This document shows, in pieces, positions 8,308 through 14,838 of a stretch of 33,474 bases of DNA (positions are counted from its first letter, which is position 1; every line of letters starts with the position of its first letter). The notes under the pieces are model-generated. The model was given only the letters and a program-made list of their open reading frames with translations, had not been told where the DNA came from and did no database searches. The stretch comes from a virus (Duplodnaviria; Caudoviricetes). The position numbers and the translations under genes are program-made. Location of the stretch: positions 1 to 33,474 of the IMG/VR virus record IMGVR_UViG_3300043447_000044. One strand, 5' to 3'.

Positions 8308-8399
8308 TGGCGGAAAGCAGAGGAGTCGAACCCCATCCCATTTCTGAGAACCGAGTTTTCAAGGCTCGTCGCCGCACCAACGCAGCTGCATTACTTTCC
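8308..8399 (-). tRNA. tRNA-Ser(TGA), non-canonical 8/4 fold
   Basis: 8-bp acceptor GGAAAGTA/TGCTTTCC, 4-bp T-stem, loop CTTGAAA, long variable arm, G73-CCA. Confidence 0.8.
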
Positions 8400-8404
8400 A
8401 TAAT

Positions 8405-8494
8405 TGGCGGAGATAGTAGGATTTGAACCCACGAACCCTTTCGGGTTGCTTGTTTTCTAGACAAGTGCCATAAACCAGACTCGACCATATCTCC
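8405..8494 (-). tRNA. tRNA-Ser(AGA)
   Basis: CTTGT-CTAGAAA-ACAAG arm, long variable arm, G73-CCA. Confidence 0.9.
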
Positions 8495-8499
8495 ATAAA

Positions 8500-8556
8500 C
8501 AACAGGATTCGCTTTTTCTTTATTCCAAAAAGATTTTTATTTGCTGAATGAATCCT
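8500..8556 (-). ncRNA. CAGCA-family mini-RNA with a Ser(GGA)-like anticodon stem-loop
   Basis: AGGATTC-ATT-CAGCAA...TCTTT-TTGGAAT-AAAGA...GAATCCT-GTTG. Confidence 0.65.
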
Positions 8557-8562
8557 AAAAAC

Positions 8563-8636
8563 TGGTGCGGGCAGAGAGAATCGAACTCTCAACTAATGCT
8601 TGGCAAGCACTGATTTTACCATTAAACTATGCACGC
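8563..8636 (-). tRNA. tRNA-Gly(GCC)
   Basis: loop TTGCCAA, CCA; discriminator A rather than U. Confidence 0.9.
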
Positions 8637-8642
8637 AAAACT

Positions 8643-8717
8643 TGGTACCTCGTGATGGAATCAAACCACCGTCTCAGCGTTCGTAGCACCGTATACTATT
8701 CATTGTACTAACGAGGC
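8643..8717 (-). tRNA. tRNA-Arg(ACG)
   Basis: loop CTACGAA, CCA. Confidence 0.9.
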
Positions 8718-8720
8718 ATA

Positions 8721-8864
8721 AATTAGTGCACATCGATCAATTGGGACTCTTACCCCAGCATTTCTCAACTTGTGCAACCAAGCTGACGCAGTATACACTG
8801 CAAAGACGACCGAGATGGCGAGATCGTCTACTGTTTACTTTTCGGTTAATTACGCCGACTAATT
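8721..8864 (-). ncRNA. unidentified multi-stem structured RNA (~145 nt)
   Basis: AATTAGT/ACTAATT closing stem; AGACGATC/GGTCGTCT, GCAGT/ACTGC and TGCACA/TGTGCA stems. Confidence 0.45.
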
Positions 8865-8866
8865 CT

Positions 8867-8942
8867 TGGTCTCCGTAGAAGGATTCGAACCTTCACCCCA
8901 CCGCCCCAAACGGCGAGTGCAACCTGATAACACTTTACAGAG
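8867..8942 (-). tRNA. tRNA-Pro(TGG), second divergent copy
   Basis: loop TTTGGGG, CCA. Confidence 0.9.
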
Positions 8943-8948
8943 ATAACT

Positions 8949-9023
8949 TGGTACTGCGTATGGGTAACGATCCCATCTAGTCACCTTGAAAGGGTGATGA
9001 CCTCACCTGAAGTCGAACGCAGT
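8949..9023 (-). tRNA. tRNA-Glu(TTC), second divergent copy
   Basis: loop CTTTCAA, T-loop ATCGTTA, CCA. Confidence 0.85.
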
Positions 9024-9029
9024 GTAATT

Positions 9030-9104
9030 TGGTGGAGACCGAGGAAATCGAATCCTTCTAGACATCCTCCTTGCAAGGGAGAACCGTAGCCCACTACTGT
9101 CCCC
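9030..9104 (-). tRNA. tRNA-Ala(TGC), shortened D-arm
   Basis: G3:U70, loop CTTGCAA, CCA. Confidence 0.85.
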
Positions 9105-9189
9105 AAATTAGGGTTAGTTTCTATATCACCCATTGAAACTAACAAACATTGAGAAAACTATGTAACTAGCACATAGCCACTATTTGCTC

Positions 9190-9268
9190 TGGCTCCGAGT
9201 ATGAGAATCGAACTCATCTAACCATTGATTAACAGTCAAGCCCATGCACCTTGCTCGGGTTTCTCGGA
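9190..9268 (-). tRNA. tRNA-Asn(GTT), second divergent copy
   Basis: loop CTGTTAA, G73-CCA. Confidence 0.9.
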
Positions 9269-9275
9269 ATAAAAA

Positions 9276-9345
9276 CAACAGGATGATTTTGACGAACATG
9301 TCAAATTAAAAGTTTGGTGTTCTTGTTAATTGCAGAACTCATCCT
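9276..9345 (-). ncRNA. CAGCA-family mini-RNA with a Lys(TTT) anticodon stem-loop
   Basis: AGGATGA-GTT-CTGCAA...CAAA-CTTTTAA-TTTG...TCATCCT-GTTG. Confidence 0.65.
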
Positions 9346-9350
9346 AAAAC

Positions 9351-9425
9351 TGGTACCCGATAGTGGTAACGATCCACTCGCCTATCGCTTATCAAGCGAT
9401 TGCTCTACCTCTGAGCTAATCGGGT
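9351..9425 (-). tRNA. tRNA-Ile(GAT)
   Basis: loop TTGATAA, T-loop ATCGTTA, CCA. Confidence 0.9.
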
Positions 9426-9434
9426 ATATTCTTC

Positions 9435-9510
9435 TGGTGCCGATACCAAGAGTCGAACTTGGGACACATAGATTTTCAGTCTACTGCTCTACCACCTGAG
9501 CTATATCGGC
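9435..9510 (-). tRNA. tRNA-Phe(GAA)
   Basis: loop CTGAAAA, CCA. Confidence 0.95.
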
Positions 9511-9520
9511 AAAAATTCTT

Positions 9521-9595
9521 TGGGGTGTCTAATGAGGATCGAACTCATGCGAACAGAATCACAATCTGTGATGCTACCATTACATCATAGACACC
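9521..9595 (-). tRNA. tRNA-His(GTG)
   Basis: loop TTGTGAT, G-1:C73, CCA. Confidence 0.95.
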
Positions 9596-9607
9596 CTAAA
9601 GAACTCT

Positions 9608-9682
9608 TGGTAGGGGCACAGAGAATCGAACTCTGATTACATGGTTAAAAGCCACGTACTTTAGCCGTTAAGTTATACCCCC
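9608..9682 (-). tRNA. tRNA-Lys(TTT)
   Basis: loop CTTTTAA, CCA. Confidence 0.9.
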
Positions 9683-9686
9683 ATAT

Positions 9687-9762
9687 TGGTCCACTCGGTG
9701 AGATTCGAACTCACACCTCATTGATTAAGAGTCAAGTGCGCTACCGTTAACGCTACAAGTGG
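9687..9762 (-). tRNA. tRNA-Lys(CTT)
   Basis: loop CTCTTAA, CCA. Confidence 0.9.
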
Positions 9763-9824
9763 GTTGTCGTAATTATTTTGATTTTACGTGCCAACCCAAG
9801 ACCAATACGGGATCTTGAGTGACA

Positions 9825-9845
9825 CTAGCGTTTGCCTCGTTTCAT
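9825..9845 (-). other. minigene MKRGKR* with strong SD, followed by a hairpin
   Basis: AAGGAGAGTAGC-ATG AAA CGA GGC AAA CGC TAG. Confidence 0.45.
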
Positions 9846-9933
9846 GCTACTCTCCTTAAAATTAAACTAACCAAATAAAAACATACTACTCATCTGCTTT
9901 CGCAATTTGATTGTTCGGCAGTATATTTTTATT

Positions 9934-10007
9934 TGGCACCCGAGGTAGGAATCGAACCTACAATAACAGAGTCAAAGTCTGGTGTGTTACCACTACACTA
10001 CTCGGGA
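9934..10007 (-). tRNA. tRNA-Gln(TTG)
   Basis: loop CTTTGAC, G73-CCA. Confidence 0.9.
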
Positions 10008-10061
10008 ACAATGAGACATCAGCATCAGCGAACCAACACTGATGTCTCGTAAAAACTGGCG

Positions 10062-10103
10062 CAGATTGTTAAAGATCATTTCAGTAAGTCTTTCGACTAA
10101 CTA
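10062..10103 (-). promoter_or_regulatory. rrn-like boxB/boxA antitermination leader
   Basis: AGTC-GAAA-GACT hairpin followed by TGATCTTTAACAATCTG. Confidence 0.7.
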
Positions 10104-10112
10104 AGGGATTGA

Positions 10113-10141
10113 ATTCTACAGTAAGTTTACTATAAAGTCAA
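10113..10141 (-). promoter_or_regulatory. sigma70-type promoter, proximal to the tRNA array
   Basis: TTGACT-N17-TAGAAT. Confidence 0.8.
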
Positions 10142-10177
10142 CACCTTCAAAAATAACCCTACAAGATTGTAGAGTAT

Positions 10178-10217
10178 AAAACAAAAAACCCTCTGGACTT
10201 TCATCTCAGAGGGTTTT
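10178..10217 (-). terminator. intrinsic terminator (attenuator terminator)
   Basis: AAAACCCTCTG...CAGAGGGTTTTTTGTTTT. Confidence 0.85.
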
Positions 10218-10240
10218 GGTAAAGAGACCTAATCGTCGTC

Positions 10241-10366
10241 TTACATCTTCTTACCAAAACCCCCAGTATCCTCAATCGCATAGCCTACAAATGATGGGCG
10301 TGTGCTTGTCCATCCGTTATTCAACGGTAGCTGTTTATGCATTCTGGAACAAACTATTTTTAACAT
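10241..10366 (-). CDS. leaderless 41-aa candidate leader peptide containing all 20 amino acids
   Basis: MLKIVCSRMHKQLPLNNGWTSTRPSFVGYAIEDTGGFGKKM*; ATG 7 nt after the -10 box; 3' end forms an antiterminator strand. Confidence 0.75.
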   Translation of the reverse strand: MLKIVCSRMHKQLPLNNGWTSTRPSFVGYAIEDTGGFGKKM

Positions 10367-10372
10367 GATTGA

Positions 10373-10401
10373 ATTCTACTATACCTTTTGATTAAAGTCA
10401 A
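10373..10401 (-). promoter_or_regulatory. sigma70-type promoter for the leader ORF
   Basis: TTGACT-N17-TAGAAT. Confidence 0.8.
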
Positions 10402-10454
10402 GTGTAAAACCCTACACCCTGTAAGGTTTTTTACTCTCGATCTATTTAGACATT

Positions 10455-10483
10455 ATTTTAGCTCAAAGAGCCATTAAAGTCAA
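10455..10483 (-). promoter_or_regulatory. sigma70-type promoter (upstream tandem)
   Basis: TTGACT-N17-TAAAAT. Confidence 0.65.
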
Positions 10484-10495
10484 GTTTTTTGAAAT

Positions 10496-11056
10496 TTATT
10501 TTATCAGCTGTGCTACACAGTCTGGGACAACTGGGACATCCATTCTTTCTGGATGCCACACGACACCGTAGATTGGAAGATGTTCGTGTCTGAATGCCTC
10601 AACAGTTTGATCTGCTTCGTGCATTGCAATTGGAATCATACCCTTGCCAAGTTTTCTTATTGTCTGTCCATGATAGCTATTGACAATAACTTTCTTGCCA
10701 TCCATTACAACTTCATGATCTGTATCATCGTGTAATGGAATCCTTGTTGGATCGATATCATTGACACCACCAGTTAGATCATTGATTGCGAAAGCACCAT
10801 GACAAACACCAAGAATAGGTTTTCTATTTTTGATTGCATGGTAGAACAGAGTGTTCTCTGTATGGTTTCTCGCAAGCGAATCAGATCCACCTGAAAGAAC
10901 TAGACAGTCATACTCAGTATCAGGAACAATACCAATGTTCGCCACTGGAATGAGATGATGACTGCTTAGAAAGGAGTACCAACTTCTCTCCAAGCAGTCA
11001 TACAAGAAATTACTAGGAGGGATCCGAAAATCCCTCTGTGAAATCAAAATTCTCAT
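10496..11056 (-). CDS. class I glutamine amidotransferase / peptidase C26 family
   Basis: LSGG, PILGVCHG (nucleophile Cys), NSYH, WHPE; start moved to MRILISQ. Confidence 0.85.
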   Translation of the reverse strand: MRILISQRDFRIPPSNFLYDCLERSWYSFLSSHHLIPVANIGIVPDTEYDCLVLSGGSDSLARNHTENTLFYHAIKNRKPILGVCHGAFAINDLTGGVNDIDPTRIPLHDDTDHEVVMDGKKVIVNSYHGQTIRKLGKGMIPIAMHEADQTVEAFRHEHLPIYGVVWHPERMDVPVVPDCVAQLIK

Positions 11057-11073
11057 AACAAAGGGATCAGATA

Positions 11074-11847
11074 TTAAACTCTGGCTTCTTTGCCGTTGAA
11101 CGCAACGCATAGGTCACGGTGTGGCTCGCCATATGCTTCCATCATGATCGCTTGAACTTCTGGAGATGCAGTCTTGAAGTCACCCAAAGATGTGCAAGAG
11201 CATTCGAACAAGTCCCAAACCATTTCTTTAACATAAGACATAGCTTCAGCTTGTGCTTCTGGAGTTGTTACCAACTTCTCAAGCATCAAACGACCAATGT
11301 TAGAGTGGAACTTCTCGTCACGAGCAACACGGTCATAACGCTTCTGGATGAACTCGTCACCAGCGCATTGAGCCATTGTCTGCCATACTTTAGCAGCACG
11401 ACCTTCAGCCATGTATTGGTACATGTGCATCATGATTGGATTATCATGGGCTTCGTACTTCTGGATCAAAGATGCGCCCATACGAACGTCCACTTTGCCA
11501 TACTCTTTCCAGATTGCTTCTAGATCTGGTGCTTCACCAGTCAAGTGCTCTAGAACTTCGTAAACGATACGGAAGTGTTCAGCTTCGTCCCATGCTTGCT
11601 TAGAAAGCAAACGGCATTCTTCTGGGTTAGTCAAAGCTGGTAGTTCAGAAACTTTCTTAGAAAGTTCGATCATGTTCATACGTTCGTTAGACAAACGGAT
11701 GTGGAAGAAGTTAGCGAGCTTCTCTTTGTCGCCCTTTACTTCGTCGAAGAACTGACGTGTTTGGATCTCAGCCACTTTGTGTAGTGGCATGAAGGATTCC
11801 CACAGGTCGTCCAAGAATTCTTTTGCTGGTTTAGCAGTTGCTGTCAT
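11074..11847 (-). CDS. ferritin-like diiron protein
   Basis: NE...DEAEH...AEG...DEKFH (E/ExxH twice). Confidence 0.75.
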   Translation of the reverse strand: MTATAKPAKEFLDDLWESFMPLHKVAEIQTRQFFDEVKGDKEKLANFFHIRLSNERMNMIELSKKVSELPALTNPEECRLLSKQAWDEAEHFRIVYEVLEHLTGEAPDLEAIWKEYGKVDVRMGASLIQKYEAHDNPIMMHMYQYMAEGRAAKVWQTMAQCAGDEFIQKRYDRVARDEKFHSNIGRLMLEKLVTTPEAQAEAMSYVKEMVWDLFECSCTSLGDFKTASPEVQAIMMEAYGEPHRDLCVAFNGKEARV

Positions 11848-11916
11848 TTGATTTTTCCTTTAAGTATAAAAGTTAAAGTGTTGTTGAAATAGAGGTACAC
11901 CTTGTACCTCATATTC

Positions 11917-11924
11917 TATTTATA
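11917..11924 (-). promoter_or_regulatory. T4-type late promoter
   Basis: TATAAATA(GAATA). Confidence 0.7.
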
Positions 11925-11936
11925 AGAGAAATAGGC

Positions 11937-12893
11937 TCACTTTTGGTTATTTTTAGATAAAACTGTGTCTACAAGAGGTTGCCACTGCTTTTCACGTGTT
12001 TTCAACCACAATTTCATGGCTTCTGGGTTTTGTAGAACCTTGTTTTGAATCAACAAGTTGTCATAGAAGATAGCCTTAACTTCGTCAGAATTCAAAGCCT
12101 TAGTGAACTCCTTAGTGTACCACTCGACTACATCTTTCGGTGTGCCAGCTGGAAGCATTAAAGCCCACATTCCAGACACATTGAAGTTAGGGATAGCCGT
12201 ATCCATAGTTTGGGCTTCTGGGATCTGAGCTAATGGTGTAATACCACTCAACGCCACAACTTGCAATCGACCATCTCTGTAGAATGGATTAGCCACTGCA
12301 GATGGAACGATAGCGAATCGCACATGCCCACCAGCTACATCATTCAGTGCATCGTTTGGACCTTTGTGGTCTACACGAACAACATCAGAGAACTGAACTC
12401 TTGCAGCAATAGATTCATAGACCAGTCGTGCACCACCGCTTGCAGCAATAGTTATCTTCTCGGTCTTAAGAGCCTGAACCAATTGTTTTGGAGTTTTTAC
12501 TGGATCGCCAGACTTAGCCACGACAACAAATGGGCTAGTAGCAATATGAGTTGGATAGACAAAACTATCAACATTGTATGAACGACCATCACCTTGAACA
12601 GAAACTTTATCCATAGCTGCAATCCCTGGAACAGAGACGTTAGTTACAGAGTAGCCATCAGCTGGACGCTTACTCAATTCTTCAGTACCAATAACACCAC
12701 CAGCACCTGGACGGTTAATGATAACAAATTTTGCACCAGTGTTTTGTTCAACTTGTTTAGCTAGGACACGGAATGAGATTTCATTCACACTTCCAGGTGT
12801 CCATGCCATAATCGCTTCAATCGGTTTCGTCGGTTGCCACGCAAATGCAGAAACAGACATCACCATCAACAAACTAATTACGAGTTTTTTCAT
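11937..12893 (-). CDS. Bug/TctC tripartite tricarboxylate transporter substrate-binding protein
   Basis: signal peptide; WQPTKPI...NRPGAGGVIG...PADGY...PAGTP. Confidence 0.9.
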   Translation of the reverse strand: MKKLVISLLMVMSVSAFAWQPTKPIEAIMAWTPGSVNEISFRVLAKQVEQNTGAKFVIINRPGAGGVIGTEELSKRPADGYSVTNVSVPGIAAMDKVSVQGDGRSYNVDSFVYPTHIATSPFVVVAKSGDPVKTPKQLVQALKTEKITIAASGGARLVYESIAARVQFSDVVRVDHKGPNDALNDVAGGHVRFAIVPSAVANPFYRDGRLQVVALSGITPLAQIPEAQTMDTAIPNFNVSGMWALMLPAGTPKDVVEWYTKEFTKALNSDEVKAIFYDNLLIQNKVLQNPEAMKLWLKTREKQWQPLVDTVLSKNNQK

Positions 12894-12982
12894 ATTCTTT
12901 CATCATCCTATTCATAAAATCTTCATCAGATTCATAGTTAAAAGACCACTCCCAAATTTTGTTTAAGAGTGGTACGGTTTCA

Positions 12983-13699
12983 TTAAGCAGCCATTTCAAA
13001 TTTGTAGTCATATGCTTCTTCAACGATCTTAGCTGCTTCTGGAAGGAATGTTGTTCCTTTGGCAGAGATAGCATACAAGTCTTTGCGCATTTGATCAGCC
13101 AACTCAGTAGCACGTGCTTGTGCTTCTGGAGTAGTTACTAGCTGTTCTAGTTTCCACTTGCCGATGTTAGAGTGGAATCCTTCGTCACGAGCGATCTTAG
13201 CGTAGCGATGGCTAATGAAGTCGTCTTCAATAGTCTCAGCCATTTGATTCCATACGGCTTCTGCACGACCTTCAGCGATTGTTTGATACAATGCTAAAGC
13301 TAGATCGTCAGTTTGTGCTTCGTACTTATCCAATAGGCTAGCACCTTTATTCTTAACACGAGTTTCCCAAGATGCAGCAGCTGCTTCTAAGTCAACTTCT
13401 TCGCCAGTGATGTGCTCAATAACTTCTTTAACCATACGGTAGTGTTGGGCTTCATCAAGTGCTTGCTTGCTTAGCAACTGAAGTTCTTCAGTGCTAGTGC
13501 TCAATGGCATGTCGGCGATTTTCTTGGAGATTTCAATTAGGTTCATACGTTCGTTAACCATACGACCAGTGAAGTGGTCAACAAGAGTTTCCTTGCTTGG
13601 GTTAGATTCGAAGTATGCCTTAACCTGCATTGCGCTGGCTTTGAATAGAGGTTCGTTGGCTGCAGCTAGTTCGCTGACAAAGTCTTTTGCGGATTTCAT
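12983..13699 (-). CDS. ferritin-like diiron protein (paralog of 11074-11847)
   Basis: NERMN...SKQALDEAQH...AEGRA...RDEGFHSNIG shared with the paralog. Confidence 0.75.
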   Translation of the reverse strand: MKSAKDFVSELAAANEPLFKASAMQVKAYFESNPSKETLVDHFTGRMVNERMNLIEISKKIADMPLSTSTEELQLLSKQALDEAQHYRMVKEVIEHITGEEVDLEAAAASWETRVKNKGASLLDKYEAQTDDLALALYQTIAEGRAEAVWNQMAETIEDDFISHRYAKIARDEGFHSNIGKWKLEQLVTTPEAQARATELADQMRKDLYAISAKGTTFLPEAAKIVEEAYDYKFEMAA

Positions 13700-13764
13700 C
13701 TTTAATTCCTTTAGATTAGTGGTTAGATAATCGCTGGGTTATTCAACGCTGGGATTTTGTATTC

Positions 13765-13772
13765 TATTTATA
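13765..13772 (-). promoter_or_regulatory. T4-type late promoter
   Basis: TATAAATA(GAATA). Confidence 0.7.
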
Positions 13773-13776
13773 ATTC

Positions 13777-14751
13777 TCAATTCGGCTTGGGTAGGCTTTT
13801 CACATATGGTAACCACTGTTTTTGTAGTTCTACCATATCTTTACGAACACCCTTTGGACCGACAGATTTGGGGTCTAGGAAGATGTAGTTCTCTTCCATA
13901 AACTTCTTATACTCAGCCGTTTTTATGGCTGCTACGAAATTCTTCTCGTACCACTTAGCGATCTCTGGTGGGGTATTCGGAGGCAGAGCCACATTCCAGC
14001 ATCCATATACATTTAGACCAGCAACAGAGTCTCTCATTAATGGTACTTCAGCAGGGATACCAGCGAGTTTAGTTTCACCTGCTACACCGATTAACTTAAC
14101 CTTGCCTGTAGAGACAAGTGTGTTTGCGATAGCGATAGGCATAACTCCAAACTCAGTGCCAGTCTTACCATCATATTGGGCTACACTTGTAACAGCTGGG
14201 ACTGGACCTTTGAAAATGATTGGTTGAACCTTCTCTTTGTTACCATTAACATTCTGCATAAAATATTCATATGCTAGGTAATGAGCAGAACCACCAACAG
14301 CAAAGTTGATCTCACGACCAGATGTAACTTCTTTAACAAGTTCAGGAATGCTATTCACGTTGCTCTTAGAACTGGCAACAAAAGCCATTGGGCTTTTGCC
14401 GATGTTAGTGATCAATGTTAAGTCGAGTGGGCTACGTGTGATCAGGTTAGAGAAATGTGCTTCTGAAAATAAGAATCCACTAACGCAAGATGGGATACCA
14501 ACAGTATAACCATCTGGTGGTGATTCTAGTAACTGCTTCAGCATAATATTACCATCAGCGCCAGCTTTATTAAACAGAGCGAAGGTAGCCTTACCTTTAC
14601 TCTCGATATGAGAAGTAATCAATCGAGCAGTCACTTCACCACCTGAGCCAGCACTTGTTGGCAACAATACTGTAATTGGTTTTTTAGGATCTGGTTGCCA
14701 TGCAAAAGCAAGAGCAGGCACCATTATCAATGCTAATAATAATTTCTTCAT
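13777..14751 (-). CDS. Bug/TctC substrate-binding protein
   Basis: signal peptide; KPITV...NKAGADGNI...PPDGYT...PPNTP. Confidence 0.85.
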   Translation of the reverse strand: MKKLLLALIMVPALAFAWQPDPKKPITVLLPTSAGSGGEVTARLITSHIESKGKATFALFNKAGADGNIMLKQLLESPPDGYTVGIPSCVSGFLFSEAHFSNLITRSPLDLTLITNIGKSPMAFVASSKSNVNSIPELVKEVTSGREINFAVGGSAHYLAYEYFMQNVNGNKEKVQPIIFKGPVPAVTSVAQYDGKTGTEFGVMPIAIANTLVSTGKVKLIGVAGETKLAGIPAEVPLMRDSVAGLNVYGCWNVALPPNTPPEIAKWYEKNFVAAIKTAEYKKFMEENYIFLDPKSVGPKGVRKDMVELQKQWLPYVKSLPKPN

Positions 14752-14838
14752 TTAATTCATTCCTGTGTTAGTGGGACAGTCATACATTTTTCTTAGTTGA
14801 TTCAATTCTGAGAAGAACTTCTTGATACGCTCTATCAT
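14752..14838 (-). CDS. 28-aa peptide MIERIKKFFSELNQLRKMYDCPTNTGMN
   Basis: start overlaps the upstream stop (ATGA); stop abuts the next ATG. Confidence 0.5.
   Translation of the reverse strand: MIERIKKFFSELNQLRKMYDCPTNTGMN

Noticed and set aside
8308-8399. Selenocysteine tRNA
   Set aside because: Anticodon is TGA (Ser), not TCA, and the T-stem is 4 bp
9753-9845. Genome-wide amber recoding
   Set aside because: No CTA-anticodon tRNA in the window and standard-code ORFs are intact
12874-13113. Extra ORF between the ferritin-like gene and the Bug gene
   Set aside because: Overlaps both neighbours, has no convincing start, and the gap is occupied by the hairpin ACCACTCTTAAA/TTTGGGAGTGGT
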